A stretch of 32,000 nt of DNA from Candidatus Saccharimonadota bacterium (GCA_041941765.1 CP145869.1:210001-242000), one strand, 5' to 3'; positions 20,426-31,827 are shown, numbered from the stretch's first letter. Numbers and translations are program-made. Notes: a model not told the origin generated them from the sequence alone.

Positions 20426-23260
20426 ATGAATAACTATAAATCAACTTTATATCTACCGGAAACTAATTTTCCAATGCGTGGTGATTTAGCTAATAAAGAA
20501 CCTCAAAGATTACAACATTGGTATCATGATAATTTATATAGTTTAATTCGAAAAGTAAAAAAAGGTAAAAAAATTTTTTTTCTTCATGATGGTCCTCCAT
20601 ATGCTAATGGTGCTTTACATATTGGTCATGCTGTTAATAAAATTCTTAAAGATATTATTATTAAATCTAAAACTCTTGAAGGATTTGATTGTCCCTATAT
20701 TCCAGGATGGGATTGTCATGGATTACCTATTGAATTAAATGTAGAAAAATTAATAGGAAAACCAGGAAATACTGTTAGTTTGGCAGAATTTCGACAAGCA
20801 TGTCGTAATTATGCAACTAAACAAATCTCAAATCAAAAAAAAGATTTTATACGTATGGGTGTCATTGCAGATTGGGACAATCCATATTTAACAATGGATT
20901 TTAAGAATGAAGCTCAAATTATACGAATCTTAGGAAAAATTATTGCTCATGGATATTTAGTCAAAGGAATTAAACCAGTACCATGGTGTATTGATTGTGG
21001 TTCAGCACTCTCTGATGCTGAAGTTATACATAAAAATTTTTGTTCTCAAGCAATTGATGTTGCTTTTTATGCCGTCAATATAGAACAAGTACAAGCAAAA
21101 TTTAAGGTTCAATATTTAAATTCTAATAAGAAGATTGCATTACTAGTTTGGACTACTACTCCCTGGACATTACCTGCTAATCAAGCTCTTTCGGTTGATG
21201 CACAAGGATCTTATCAACTAATACAAATTACCAATGAAAGACTGATAATTATAGCAAAATCTTTAAGTAATAAAATTAGAGATCGTTTAAAAAAAATGAT
21301 TAATTATTGGCATGTTTTAGGAGAAACATTAGGGTCTGAATTAGAATTCATGCATTTTTATCATCCATTTTTCAATTTTACGGTTCCAGTTTTATTAAGT
21401 AATCATGTTACTTTAGATATGGGAACTGGGATTGTTCATATAGCACCAAGTCATGGTATGGATGATTATATAGTTTGTAAAAAAAATAATATTTCACCAA
21501 TTAATTTAATTAAAGCAAATGGTTGTTATAAAAATAATACTCATCCGGAATTAGATGGAATATTAATATTCAAAGCCAATAATATTATAATTAATATTTT
21601 AAAAAAAAATGGAGTTTTATTACATATTCAAGATATACAACATAGTTATGCTCATTGTTGGAGACATAATAGTCCTCTTATATTTAGAACTACTGAACAA
21701 TGGTTTATTAATATGGAACATAAAAAATTACGTGAAAAATCCATCGATAGTATCAATAAAATACAATGGATTCCATCATGGGGAAAAACACGTTTAAAAG
21801 TGATGATAGCTAATAGACCTGATTGGTGCATATCTCGTCAACGTACATGGGGAGTACCAATTCCGCTCTTCATACATAAAGAAAGTGGAAAATTACATCC
21901 TAATACATTAGCTCTTATAGAAGAAATAGCCAATTTAGTAGAAAAAAAAGGCATTCAAGCATGGTGGGATTTATTACCAATTGATATATATTCAAAATAC
22001 GACCTAAAACAATATCAAAAAAATTTTGATACTTTAGATGTTTGGTTTGATTCAGGTTGTTCTACTAATTTACTAATAAACACTAGACCAGAATTAAATT
22101 TAAAGATTTCTGATATATATTTAGAAGGATCTGATCAATATCGAGGATGGTTTATGTCATCTTTGATAATTTCAATGGCAATTAAAGATCATGTTCCTTG
22201 TAAAACAATTCTAACACATGGTTTTGCTGTAGATAGTAATAGAAAAAAAATGTCTAAATCTTGTGGTAATATAATCAGTCCTCAGACTTTGATGAATAAA
22301 TGGGGAGCTGATATTATGCGATTATGGATTGCTTCTACTGATTATTCAAAAGAAATTACTTTATCTGAAGAAATTATTAATCGTTCGGCTGATAACTATC
22401 GTCGTATTCGTAATACTGTTCGATTTTTACTCGCTAATCTTAAAGATTTTCAGCCACAAAATCAAATCATTCCTCCTAAACAAATGATCAGGTTAGATAA
22501 TTGGATTTTAGAAAAAACACAATTAATACAGCAACATATTATTAATGCTTATAAACAATATGATTTTCATTCAGTCGTGCATAATATAATGCAATTCTGT
22601 TCTATAGAATTAGGTTCTTTTTATCTAGATATAGTTAAAGATCGTCTATATACCATAAAAAAAGAGAGTCTAGCACGTAGAAGTTGTCAAACTGTTATTT
22701 TTTATATAGCAGAAGCTATAGTAAGATGGTTAGCACCAATTTTATCTTTTACTGCAGATGAAATTTGGAATTATCTTCCTGGAAAGCGTTCTAGATATGT
22801 TTTTACAGAAGAATGGTTTAATTTTAGGGATTTAGTAGAAGAGAATAATTCAAAAAATCATGATTTTTTCAATGAATTAGTAACTGTTCGTTATGAAATA
22901 AATAAAGTTTTTGAAAAAGCTCGCCAAGACCAACAATTACGAGACTCATTATCAGTAGGAATTAGTATTTATACTATTGGTTCAATAGCTGAAAAATTAA
23001 AATTATTAGGTAGCGAATTAAAATTTTTTTTATTAACTTCTAGCGCTGAAATAATGGATTATGAATTAGCACCTGTCAATTCTTATAAAAGTGAATCTAT
23101 ATCAAAGTTAAAGTTTTTTTTATATAAAGCGTCAGGAACAAAATGTTTACGTTGTTGGCATTATACTACTGATATTGGTCAAAATTCAAATTTTCCCGAA
23201 CTTTGTGGTCGTTGTGTAAATAACATAATTGGAAAAGGTGAAATCCGTCATTTTGTATGA
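20426..23260 (+). CDS. ileS: Isoleucine--tRNA ligase (class I)
   Basis: The 944 aa product has the HIGH motif (PYANGALHIGHAVNK) and KMSKS (RKKMSKSCGN). The editing-domain region contains WTTTPWTLPAN. The C-terminal zinc-binding cysteines are CLRCWHY...CGRC. Confidence 0.98.
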   Translation: MNNYKSTLYLPETNFPMRGDLANKEPQRLQHWYHDNLYSLIRKVKKGKKIFFLHDGPPYANGALHIGHAVNKILKDIIIKSKTLEGFDCPYIPGWDCHGLPIELNVEKLIGKPGNTVSLAEFRQACRNYATKQISNQKKDFIRMGVIADWDNPYLTMDFKNEAQIIRILGKIIAHGYLVKGIKPVPWCIDCGSALSDAEVIHKNFCSQAIDVAFYAVNIEQVQAKFKVQYLNSNKKIALLVWTTTPWTLPANQALSVDAQGSYQLIQITNERLIIIAKSLSNKIRDRLKKMINYWHVLGETLGSELEFMHFYHPFFNFTVPVLLSNHVTLDMGTGIVHIAPSHGMDDYIVCKKNNISPINLIKANGCYKNNTHPELDGILIFKANNIIINILKKNGVLLHIQDIQHSYAHCWRHNSPLIFRTTEQWFINMEHKKLREKSIDSINKIQWIPSWGKTRLKVMIANRPDWCISRQRTWGVPIPLFIHKESGKLHPNTLALIEEIANLVEKKGIQAWWDLLPIDIYSKYDLKQYQKNFDTLDVWFDSGCSTNLLINTRPELNLKISDIYLEGSDQYRGWFMSSLIISMAIKDHVPCKTILTHGFAVDSNRKKMSKSCGNIISPQTLMNKWGADIMRLWIASTDYSKEITLSEEIINRSADNYRRIRNTVRFLLANLKDFQPQNQIIPPKQMIRLDNWILEKTQLIQQHIINAYKQYDFHSVVHNIMQFCSIELGSFYLDIVKDRLYTIKKESLARRSCQTVIFYIAEAIVRWLAPILSFTADEIWNYLPGKRSRYVFTEEWFNFRDLVEENNSKNHDFFNELVTVRYEINKVFEKARQDQQLRDSLSVGISIYTIGSIAEKLKLLGSELKFFLLTSSAEIMDYELAPVNSYKSESISKLKFFLYKASGTKCLRCWHYTTDIGQNSNFPELCGRCVNNIIGKGEIRHFV

Positions 23261-23727
23261 ATTTCAATAAGATCTTATCTTGGATCCCGTTAATAATTTT
23301 TATAGTAATCTTAGATTTTATTAGTAAACAATGGATCATTAAATCATTTAAGTTGGGACAAGTTGTTTCATTAACTCCTTTTTTTAATATTATTTACATT
23401 CAAAATTATGGTGTTGCCTTTAATTTATTTGCCAATACAGACAGATGGACTTTTTGGTTATTGATTATGATTCAAATTATTTTAATATTAAGTTGTATTA
23501 TAATTTATACATTTATGCAAAAAACCAATCTAAAAGATATAATAGGATGGGAACTTATTATTAGTGGTTCATTAGGTAATGGTTTAGATAGAATCCTACA
23601 TGGATTTGTGGTAGATTTTATTAATTTCAATATAAGCAATAACTTCTTGTATTTACCTATTTTCAATTTGGCAGATACTGCTATATGTATTGGTATTATA
23701 TTAATTTTAATTAACAATAGAAAATAA
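23257..23727 (+). CDS. lspA: Lipoprotein signal peptidase (signal peptidase II)
   Basis: The 156 aa product has four predicted transmembrane segments. It carries the conserved NYGVAFNLF, GSLGNGLDRILHGFVVDFI and FNLADTAICIG motifs, which contain the catalytic Asp residues. Its ATG overlaps the ileS TGA in the sequence ATGA at 23257-23260. Confidence 0.92.
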   Translation: MNFNKILSWIPLIIFIVILDFISKQWIIKSFKLGQVVSLTPFFNIIYIQNYGVAFNLFANTDRWTFWLLIMIQIILILSCIIIYTFMQKTNLKDIIGWELIISGSLGNGLDRILHGFVVDFINFNISNNFLYLPIFNLADTAICIGIILILINNRK

Positions 23728-23766
23728 ATACACTTGAATCATTATAATAAATAGGAAATATAAAAT

Positions 23767-24720
23767 ATGCGTATTTTATTAGCTAATCCCAGAGGTTTTT
23801 GCGCGGGTGTAGTTCGTGCTATAAGTATAGTTAAAAATGCTATAAAAAAATGGGGCACTCCCATCTATGTCTATCATCAAGTGGTACATAATAGTTATGT
23901 AGTCAAAGAACTGCATGAATGTGGCGTAATATTTGTCGAACAATTATCTGATGTACCGGAAGGAGCAGTTTTAATTTTTTCTGCTCATGGAGTATCTCAA
24001 GAGTTACGTATGCAAGCTAAAAAAAGAGGATTATTTATATTAGATGCAACTTGTCCATTAGTAACTAAGGTACATATGGAAGTAGCTCGTGCAAGTAGAA
24101 GAGGAATTGAATCTATTCTTATAGGTCATACGGGTCACCCGGAAGTTGAAGGAACATTAGGCCAATATAGTAATACTACGGGTGGTATATATTTAATTGA
24201 ATCTTCTGAAGATGTATATAAATTACATGTTAAGAATGAAAATAATTTACATTTTATGACCCAAACTACTTTATCAGTAGGTGAAACAACTAATATTATT
24301 CAAACTTTAAAAAAAAGATTTCCCAAAATTATTGGTCCTAAAAAAACTGATATTTGTTATGCTACAACTAATAGGCAAAATGCCGTACATGAATTAGCAC
24401 AAAAATCTGATCTAGTATTAGTAGTTGGTTCACGTAATTCTTCTAATTCTAATCGTTTAGTAGAAGTAGTACTAGAAATTAATAAACAAGCATATTTAAT
24501 TGATTCTTTTAAAGATATAAATGATAAATGGATACACCCAAATATTAATTGCATTGGAATAACAGCGGGTGCTTCAGCTCCAGAATTTTTAGTAACAGAA
24601 GTAATCGAATATTTTAAAAGTCATTTTAACATTGAAAATGTAAAAGAATTAACTGGTTTTAAGGAAAATATTGAATTTCAATTACCAAAAGAATTACAAG
24701 AAATTAATGACACCGAATAG
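23767..24720 (+). CDS. ispH: 4-hydroxy-3-methylbut-2-enyl diphosphate reductase
   Basis: The 317 aa product begins [22 protein letters not shown]. It contains [52 protein letters not shown] and [13 protein letters not shown], collinear with E. coli IspH (LytB). Confidence 0.97.
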   Translation: MRILLANPRGFCAGVVRAISIVKNAIKKWGTPIYVYHQVVHNSYVVKELHECGVIFVEQLSDVPEGAVLIFSAHGVSQELRMQAKKRGLFILDATCPLVTKVHMEVARASRRGIESILIGHTGHPEVEGTLGQYSNTTGGIYLIESSEDVYKLHVKNENNLHFMTQTTLSVGETTNIIQTLKKRFPKIIGPKKTDICYATTNRQNAVHELAQKSDLVLVVGSRNSSNSNRLVEVVLEINKQAYLIDSFKDINDKWIHPNINCIGITAGASAPEFLVTEVIEYFKSHFNIENVKELTGFKENIEFQLPKELQEINDTE

Positions 24721-24891
24721 TTTTATTAAGGCAAAAAATACCGATTAATGATATATTTTCTAAAAAAAGAAATTCAGTTAATTTCAAATTCATATTGAAC
24801 AGATTAAAATCAGTAAATAATTAACAATTGTTAAAATTTATTAAAAAAATTTTAGTACTGATTCATTTGTAGAGGTTCTTTCATCATAAAT

Positions 24892-26061
24892 ATGAACTTT
24901 TTGAGACAATTAATCAAACCAGCCCTATTAGTATTAGAAGACGGAACTCAATTTTACGGTAAATCTATAGGTGCAGATGGAATAACCGTTGGGGAAGTAG
25001 TTTTTAATACCTCAATGACTGGTTATCAAGAAATATTAACAGATCCTTCCTATTATAAACAACTTGTTATTTTAACTTATCCTCACATTGGAAATGTAGG
25101 TACCAATACATTGGATGAAGAATCTTCTAGAATATATCTTGATGGTTTAATTATTCGTGAATTATCAATGATTGCTAGTAATTACCGGAATGAAGAAACT
25201 TTGTCGCATTATTTAAAAAGATATGGAATTGTTGCTATTGCAAATATTGATACTCGAAAATTAACGAGATTAATAAGAAGTACAGGAGTTCAAAATGGAT
25301 GTATTATTACAGAACCTAATCCTAATAATGTAGATCAAGCTTTACAATATGCGAAAAATCATCCAAAAATACAAAACATAGATTTAGCCAAAGCGGTCTC
25401 TACCAAAAAAATTTATACTTGGAATGAAGGTACTGTAGCATTAAATAGCTCTTTTTTAACTAAAAAAAAAATTAAAAAAATTACTTTCCATGTAGTTGCA
25501 TATGATTATGGGATAAAACGCAATATATTACGATTATTAGTAGATAATGGTTGCAAAGTTACAGTTGTACCAGCATGTACATCAGCACCCAAAATTGTAT
25601 CCTTATTCAAACCTGATGGAATATTTCTTTCTAATGGTCCTGGGGATCCCGATTTATGTTTTTATGCTATAGAATCCATTAGATTTTTTTTAAAAATTAA
25701 TATACCTATCTTTGGCATTTGTTTAGGTCATCAGTTATTAGCTTTAGCAAATGGGGCTAAAACTATTAAAATGAAATATGGTCATCATGGATCTAATCAT
25801 CCGGTTCAAGATCTTGAAAATAATAAAATACTTATTACTACTCAAAATCATGGATTTACTGTCGATGACAATACATTACCTACTAATTTACGTGTAACAC
25901 ATAGATCTTTATTTGATGGAAGCATTCAGGGATTAAAAATAATTGATAAACCAGCATTTAGTTTTCAAGGACATCCAGAAGCCAGTCCTGGACCACATGA
26001 TGCAAGTAGTTTATTTGATAAATTTATTTCACTTTTGTTAGTTTATCGTTTAACGTTATAA
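24892..26061 (+). CDS. carA: Carbamoyl-phosphate synthase small (glutaminase) subunit
   Basis: The 389 aa product contains [34 protein letters not shown], the catalytic Cys in [12 protein letters not shown], and the His/Glu in [15 protein letters not shown]. The start is uncertain by a few codons. The ATG at 24892 gives a 7-aa extension over E. coli, and an in-frame TTG at 24901 is an alternative. Confidence 0.96.
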   Translation: MNFLRQLIKPALLVLEDGTQFYGKSIGADGITVGEVVFNTSMTGYQEILTDPSYYKQLVILTYPHIGNVGTNTLDEESSRIYLDGLIIRELSMIASNYRNEETLSHYLKRYGIVAIANIDTRKLTRLIRSTGVQNGCIITEPNPNNVDQALQYAKNHPKIQNIDLAKAVSTKKIYTWNEGTVALNSSFLTKKKIKKITFHVVAYDYGIKRNILRLLVDNGCKVTVVPACTSAPKIVSLFKPDGIFLSNGPGDPDLCFYAIESIRFFLKINIPIFGICLGHQLLALANGAKTIKMKYGHHGSNHPVQDLENNKILITTQNHGFTVDDNTLPTNLRVTHRSLFDGSIQGLKIIDKPAFSFQGHPEASPGPHDASSLFDKFISLLLVYRLTL

Positions 26062-26079
26062 GAATCAAGAGAAACTAAA

Positions 26080-29000
26080 ATGCCTAAACGTACAGATATT
26101 AATAGTATTCTAATTATTGGAAGTGGTCCTATTACTATAGGACAAGCATGTGAATTTGATTATTCAGGTGTTCAAGCTTGTAAAGCACTGCGCGAAGAAT
26201 CTTATCGTGTCATTTTAATTAATTCTAATCCTGCAACTATTATGACTGATCCTTGTATAGCAGATACAACATATATTGAACCAATTCATTGGGAAATAGT
26301 AAGTAAAATTATAGAAAAAGAACGTCCAGATGCATTATTACCTACTTTAGGCGGACAAACTGCTCTAAATTGTGCCCTTGATTTAGATCGCTATGGAATT
26401 TTAAAAAAATTTGGTTTAATTATGATCGGTGCTAGTATTAAAACAATTAAGATAGCTGAAGATCGTAAACTTTTTAAAAAAGCAATGAACGAAATTGGAT
26501 TAGAAACGGCACAATCTTATATAGCTTATAATATAAATGATGCATTAAAGGCAGTTAAAAAAATTGGATTTCCCTGTATTATTCGTTCATCTTTTACTAT
26601 GGGTGGTTATGGGTCAAATATTGCATATAATATGGCAGAATTTATAATAGATTGTAAACATGCTCTAAAAGTTTCTCCAATTAATGAAATTATAATTGAT
26701 GAATCTTTAATTGGATGGAAAGAATATGAATTAGAAGTTCTAATAGATAATAAAAGTAATTTTTTAGTAATTTGTAGTATGGAAAATATTGATCCAATAG
26801 GAATACATACAGGTGATTCTTATATTATATCACCTATACAAACTTTAACTGATAAAGAGTCTCAAAAATTACGTAATGATTCTTCATCAATTTTAATAAA
26901 AATGAAAATGAAAAATGGTGGTGCAAATGTTCAATTTGCAATAAACCCTAAAAATGGTCGTATAATTGTTATAGAAATGAATCCCCGTGTATCTAGATCT
27001 TCTGCACTCGCTTCAAAAGCCACTGGTTTTCCTATTGCTAGATTAGCGGCAAAGCTTGCTGTAGGATATACTATTGATGAATTTACAAATGAGATAGGTG
27101 GAATGATACCAGCATCATTTGAACCGAGTTTAGATTATGTTGTAACGAAAATTCCAAGATTTAATTTTGAAAAATTCATTGGATCAAATAATCGATTAAG
27201 TACGCAAATGAAATCAGTTGGTGAAGTAATGTCTATAGGTAGAAATTTTCAGGAAGCCATACAAAAAGCATTACGGGGACTTGAAATAGGAGCTCATGGT
27301 TTTCATTCCAAAATTAATCTTAAAGAACAATCTGATGCTGTTTTTAAGATTCGTAAAGAATTAAAATTTCCGGGAGCAGACCGTTTTTTTTATATAGCTG
27401 ATGCCTTTCGTATGGGATTTTCTGTTACTGAGGTATTTAATTTAACTGGAATTGATTCTTGGTTTTTAGTTCAAATAGAAGAATTAGTTATTTTAGAAAA
27501 AAAGCTTTTTGAACAAGGATTTAATAGTTTATTACAATTATCGGTTTTACGTGATTTAAAAAAAAAAGGCTTTTCGGATGTTCGAATAGCTCATTTAGTT
27601 GGTAGTTCTGAACAAAAAATACGTCACTTACGTTATTCGTATAATATTCATCCCGTTTATAAACGAATTGATACTTGTGCAGCTGAGTTTCCTTCTAATA
27701 TTAGTTATTTTTACTCTACTTATGAAGAGGAATGTGAAGCTAATCCACAACCTAATCCTAACAAGATTATAATATTAGGCGGAGGTCCAAATCGTATAGG
27801 TCAAGGAATTGAATTTGATTATTGTTGTGTACATGCAGCAATGACTTTACGTGACAATGGATTTGAAATAATTATGATAAATTGTAATCCCGAAACAGTA
27901 TCAACTGATTATGATATATCTGATAGACTATATTTTGAATCTATTACATTAGAAGATGTATTAGAAGTGGTACGAATAGAAAAGCCTAAAGGTATTATTG
28001 TTCAATATGGTGGTCAAACTCCTTTAAAACTTGCATATGATTTATATCTAGAAGGAGTTCCTATAATCGGCACCAATCCTGAATCTATTAATCGTGCTGA
28101 AAATAGAGAACTATTTCAAAAAACAATAACTAAATTAGGATTAAAACAACCTAAAAATGTTACAGTATATACCCTAGAACAGGCTATCATCAAATCGAAA
28201 GAAATTGGTTATCCATTAATAGTGCGTCCATCTTATGTATTAGGTGGTAGAGCTATGGAAATTATTTATGAAGAAATTACATTAAAACATTATTTTAAAA
28301 ATGCCATTAATGTCTCTAATAATAATGCTCCTGTCTTATTAGAAGAATTTTTAGAGAATGCTATAGAAGTTGATGTTGATGCAATTTGTGATGGAAAAAA
28401 TGTTTTAATTGGAGGAATTATGGAACAGATTGAAAATGCAGGAGTTCATTCGGGAGATTCAGCTTGTTCATTACCACCTTATACACTAACTTCTGTAATA
28501 CAAAATAAAATACGAGATCAAGTCAAAAAACTTGCATTGGAATTTTCTATTAATGGATTGATAAATATCCAATTTGCTATTAAAAATCAATTAATTTATC
28601 TGATAGAAGTTAATCCTCGAGCCTCTCGTACTGTTCCTTTTGTTTCTAAGGCAACTGGAATACCATTAGCAAAAATTGCATCATTAGTAATTATAGGAAA
28701 AAGTTTATTAGAACAAGGATTTATACAGGAAATTATTCCACCTTATTTTTCAGTAAAAGAAGTTGTATTACCTTTCAACAAATTTGTGGGATCTTCTCCA
28801 ATCTTAGGACCAGAAATGCATTCTACTGGAGAAGTAATGGGAATAGCAACAACTTTTACTAAAGCTTTTGCAAAAGCAATATTAGGTACAGGCAACAATA
28901 ATGATTTAACTAAGAATTATGATTCTCTTGATACTAAAAAAAATCCAGTAAAAAGTGTTGAGATAGCAAAAAAATTACTATTTCAACAAGGATTTCAAAA

Positions 29001-29151
29001 AGTAGACAAAAGCTCTATAAAGAAAATCATTAATGATTCTACATTAAATAAGAATGTTATTGCAACTGTGTTAGCCTTGCAAGAAGATCCTACCAAAAAT
29101 GTCTTATCAATTCAAGAATGGCATGCTTTGCTTAAAAAGCAATTCAATTAA
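26080..29151 (+). CDS. carB: Carbamoyl-phosphate synthase large subunit, with a shortened C-terminal allosteric domain
   Basis: The 1023 aa product has two ATP-grasp halves. The first runs [18 protein letters not shown]...[10 protein letters not shown]...[18 protein letters not shown]. The second runs [18 protein letters not shown]...[13 protein letters not shown]...[18 protein letters not shown]. It is collinear with E. coli CarB up to the last roughly 140 residues, where about 50 residues are missing (see findings). Confidence 0.97.
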   Translation: MPKRTDINSILIIGSGPITIGQACEFDYSGVQACKALREESYRVILINSNPATIMTDPCIADTTYIEPIHWEIVSKIIEKERPDALLPTLGGQTALNCALDLDRYGILKKFGLIMIGASIKTIKIAEDRKLFKKAMNEIGLETAQSYIAYNINDALKAVKKIGFPCIIRSSFTMGGYGSNIAYNMAEFIIDCKHALKVSPINEIIIDESLIGWKEYELEVLIDNKSNFLVICSMENIDPIGIHTGDSYIISPIQTLTDKESQKLRNDSSSILIKMKMKNGGANVQFAINPKNGRIIVIEMNPRVSRSSALASKATGFPIARLAAKLAVGYTIDEFTNEIGGMIPASFEPSLDYVVTKIPRFNFEKFIGSNNRLSTQMKSVGEVMSIGRNFQEAIQKALRGLEIGAHGFHSKINLKEQSDAVFKIRKELKFPGADRFFYIADAFRMGFSVTEVFNLTGIDSWFLVQIEELVILEKKLFEQGFNSLLQLSVLRDLKKKGFSDVRIAHLVGSSEQKIRHLRYSYNIHPVYKRIDTCAAEFPSNISYFYSTYEEECEANPQPNPNKIIILGGGPNRIGQGIEFDYCCVHAAMTLRDNGFEIIMINCNPETVSTDYDISDRLYFESITLEDVLEVVRIEKPKGIIVQYGGQTPLKLAYDLYLEGVPIIGTNPESINRAENRELFQKTITKLGLKQPKNVTVYTLEQAIIKSKEIGYPLIVRPSYVLGGRAMEIIYEEITLKHYFKNAINVSNNNAPVLLEEFLENAIEVDVDAICDGKNVLIGGIMEQIENAGVHSGDSACSLPPYTLTSVIQNKIRDQVKKLALEFSINGLINIQFAIKNQLIYLIEVNPRASRTVPFVSKATGIPLAKIASLVIIGKSLLEQGFIQEIIPPYFSVKEVVLPFNKFVGSSPILGPEMHSTGEVMGIATTFTKAFAKAILGTGNNNDLTKNYDSLDTKKNPVKSVEIAKKLLFQQGFQKVDKSSIKKIINDSTLNKNVIATVLALQEDPTKNVLSIQEWHALLKKQFN

Positions 29152-29234
29152 ACCTTAAAGAAAATAAAGCTACATATTTTAACTCTTTTTTATAAAACAC
29201 TATTTTTGATAAAATCTCTAAAACCATCATTCAG

Positions 29235-29483
29235 TTATTCATGAGGAATTTTTCCTTGAAATAAAAAATTTATCATTTCTTTTTCAAGAAATTGGCGTGT
29301 TTCAGGTTTTAATAAATTTAACTTCATTTCATTTATAATGATTGTTTGTTTTTGTAACCATTTTAACCATGCTTCATTAGAAATGTGATTATAAATTATT
29401 TTACCTAAATATCCAGGATAAGATTGTTCAGATTGTGCTTCAGCTTTTCTTTGCAAATATTTACAAAAGATTATTCTGCTCAT
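29235..29483 (-). CDS. yggX: Fe(2+)-trafficking / oxidative-damage protection protein YggX
   Basis: The 82 aa product reads [17 protein letters not shown]...[31 protein letters not shown]...[10 protein letters not shown], collinear with E. coli YggX (MSRTIFCTFLQREAEGQ...). Confidence 0.9.
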   Translation of the reverse strand: MSRIIFCKYLQRKAEAQSEQSYPGYLGKIIYNHISNEAWLKWLQKQTIIINEMKLNLLKPETRQFLEKEMINFLFQGKIPHE

Positions 29484-29682
29484 TCATTTCTTTCCTAATA
29501 AAATAAAAATCTTTCTAAGAGAATTCAACATTATTATTTCATAAAATAATGTTATTACCTAAAAATTATAAAAAAGTTAAAAATTTTTAATATGAAAAAG
29601 TTATTAGTATATTTTTGAATATAATTGATATATTATAGGTATATTTTAATCTTATATTAGTAATAATAAGGATAATCTTTAT

Positions 29683-31719
29683 ATGTCTAATAATCCTTTA
29701 TTAAAAGATTTTACATTTCCTCCATTCTCTTTAATTAAACCCGAACATATAGTTCCAGCTATACAAACGGCTATAAATCAGTATAAGATAGTTATAGATC
29801 AAATTCTTAATAATCCAAGACCTTATACTTGGAAAAATTTCTGTCAACCATTAGAAGAATTATCATTTAATTTAAATAGGGTTTTTTCACCTATACGTCA
29901 TTTAAATGCAGTTCAAAATAATCTAACAATTAGAACCAATTATAAAAAATGTATTTTTCTTTTAGCAGAATTTAATACCTGGATAGGACAACACGAAAAA
30001 TTATATCATGCATGGTATGAAATTAAAAACTCTCATCATTATACTATTCTTAATAAAGCACAACAAAAAACTATTGATAATACATTGCGGGATTATATAT
30101 TATCTGGAATACAATTATCGAAACAAAATAAATTTCGTTATGGTGAAATAGTAGTACGTTTATCAGAGTTAAGTTTAAAGTATAGTAATAATGTTTTAGA
30201 TGCAACTAAGAATTGGAAGAAACTTATTACTAATAAAAATGAACTTTCTGGAATACCAGAAAAAATTTTGTATTTAGCTCAAAATAAAGCAGAAGAACAA
30301 CATTTAAAAGGTTGGTTACTAACTCTTGATACTCCTACTTATAGTTCTATAATTACTTACTGCGATAATCAATCTATTCGTAAGGAAATTTATTATGCGT
30401 ATAATACACGAGCTTCTGATATTGGACCTAATTTCAATATAAAATGGGATAATACTGCAATTATTGAGGAACAGTTAAATCTTCGACATGAATTAGCACA
30501 ATTGTTAGGTTTTAATTCATATGCTGATTTATCTTTAGTCACGAAAATGGCCGAAAATCCTACTAAAGTAATATCATTCTTAAACCAATTAGTAAAGAAA
30601 GTTAGACCACAAGCTGAAAAAGAACTAATACAATTAAAACAATTTGTTAAAACTCACTATCATATTGACAAAGTACATATATGGGATATTGCTTATTATA
30701 GTGAAAAACAAAAAAAATATCTGTATGATATTAATGATGAAGATTTTCGTTCTTATTTTCCAATAGAAAATGTCTTAAAAGGCATGTTTTCTATAGTAAA
30801 AAGAATTTATGGCATTAAAATTCAACCACTTCAGAATGTAGATATTTGGCACCCAGATGTTATGGTTTTTGATGTTTTCAATGATGAAAATAATCAATTG
30901 TATGGAAGTTTATATTTGGATTTATATAATCGTGAAAATAAAACCAGTGGCGCATGGATGGATGTATGTACAGATAAGATACGTAAATCTAATAATATCC
31001 TAACAAATCCTATAGCTTTTTTAACAACGAATTTTAGAAACGCAACAAATGATAAAAGTTCTGCATGTTTATCTCATAATGAAGTCATTACATTATTTCA
31101 TGAATTTGGTCATGCTTTACATCACATACTAACTAAAATAGAAGTTTTGGGAGTTTCGGGTATTAATGGTGTACCATGGGATGCAGTTGAGTTTCATAGT
31201 CAATTTATGGAAAATTGGTGTTGGGAAAGTGAATCATTATTTTTAATTTCGGGTAATACTCTTCCAAACAAACTATTAGAAAAATTATTAATATCAAAAA
31301 ATTACCAAATTGCATTATTTATTCTTCGTCAATTAGAATTAAGTTTATTTGATCTGTATTTACATTCTGAATTTTATTCAAAAGAAAATGCATCAAAAAA
31401 AATCTTAACTATACGTCAACAAATACAAGAAATTGCTGTAATACCAATCCCTGAATGGAATCGTTTTTCACATTCATTTAGTCATATTTTTTCTAATGGA
31501 TATGCAGCAGGATATTATAGCTATTTATGGGCGAATGTACTGGCAGCAGATGCATATTCTCTATTTTTAGAAAAAGGAATTTTTAATTATGAATTAGGAA
31601 AATCTTTTTTAGAAAATATTATTTCACAGGGAGGTTCTGAAGATCCTTTAATATTGTTTAAACGTTTTAGAGGACGTGAACCTCTAATTGATTCAATGTT
31701 AAAATCTTATAAAATTTAA
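29683..31719 (+). CDS. prlC: Oligopeptidase A (M3 family zinc metallopeptidase)
   Basis: The 678 aa product begins NPLLKDFTFPPFSLIKPEHIVPA. It contains YSNNVLDAT, WDIAYYSEKQK, the HEFGH zinc site (VITLFHEFGHALHH), FMENWCW and GYAAGYYSYLWA, collinear with E. coli PrlC/OpdA. Confidence 0.95.
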   Translation: MSNNPLLKDFTFPPFSLIKPEHIVPAIQTAINQYKIVIDQILNNPRPYTWKNFCQPLEELSFNLNRVFSPIRHLNAVQNNLTIRTNYKKCIFLLAEFNTWIGQHEKLYHAWYEIKNSHHYTILNKAQQKTIDNTLRDYILSGIQLSKQNKFRYGEIVVRLSELSLKYSNNVLDATKNWKKLITNKNELSGIPEKILYLAQNKAEEQHLKGWLLTLDTPTYSSIITYCDNQSIRKEIYYAYNTRASDIGPNFNIKWDNTAIIEEQLNLRHELAQLLGFNSYADLSLVTKMAENPTKVISFLNQLVKKVRPQAEKELIQLKQFVKTHYHIDKVHIWDIAYYSEKQKKYLYDINDEDFRSYFPIENVLKGMFSIVKRIYGIKIQPLQNVDIWHPDVMVFDVFNDENNQLYGSLYLDLYNRENKTSGAWMDVCTDKIRKSNNILTNPIAFLTTNFRNATNDKSSACLSHNEVITLFHEFGHALHHILTKIEVLGVSGINGVPWDAVEFHSQFMENWCWESESLFLISGNTLPNKLLEKLLISKNYQIALFILRQLELSLFDLYLHSEFYSKENASKKILTIRQQIQEIAVIPIPEWNRFSHSFSHIFSNGYAAGYYSYLWANVLAADAYSLFLEKGIFNYELGKSFLENIISQGGSEDPLILFKRFRGREPLIDSMLKSYKI

Positions 31720-31827
31720 ACTGTGAATTATAATTGAAAAGATTTTGATAAGATTAATAACTAAATTATCTGGATGTTTACGTATGTTAAATAATTAACA
31801 TTAATATAAATTTATCCGTAAATAAAA

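Noticed and set aside
6052-24554. Other short track ORFs lie nested in or antisense to known genes. They are at 6052-6255, 6737-7030, 8347-8613, 9340-9546, 11475-11678, 18954-19142, 21609-21797, 23505-23717 and 24357-24554.
   Set aside because: Each is fully contained in, or overlaps the start of, a strongly supported conserved CDS (rpiA, mscS, pgk, tktA, dnaJ, ileS, lspA, ispH). None has a recognisable motif.
24748-24798. Mini-ORFs lie in spacers. Examples are a 16-codon MIYFLKKEIQLISNSY upstream of carA, a 10-codon ORF at 20277-20309 and a 13-codon ORF overlapping the dnaK promoter.
   Set aside because: They have no SD sequences and no regulatory-codon enrichment that would suggest a leader peptide. 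carAB is not known to be attenuated. Such ORFs are expected by chance.
24769-24800. ARG-box-like sequence lies upstream of carA. It comprises gaaatt-cagtt-aatttc followed by aaattcatattgaa, with two ATTCA half-sites.
   Set aside because: Neither half-site is paired with a TGAAT at the N4 spacing required by the ARG-box consensus (TGAAT-N4-ATTCA). The two ATTCA motifs are 16 bp apart rather than 21 bp. Reduced symbiont genomes usually lack argR. The region is indistinguishable from chance AT-rich dyads.
26080-28880. An internal duplication in carB gives two similar halves of about 400 aa.
   Set aside because: This is the well-known ancient duplication of the ATP-grasp synthetase units in all CarB proteins.
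29527-29553. A 9-bp perfect inverted repeat, aacattatt-N9-aataatgtt, lies in the yggX/prlC divergent spacer. Related ATGTTAA/TTAACAT dyads occur at 20240-20249 and 31784-31801.
   Set aside because: The repeats are almost pure A/T. My rough expectation is a few such repeats per 2 kb of spacer by chance. The shared 7-mer ATGTTAA should occur roughly 20 times in 64 kb of this composition. None is followed by a T-tract in a terminator-like arrangement.
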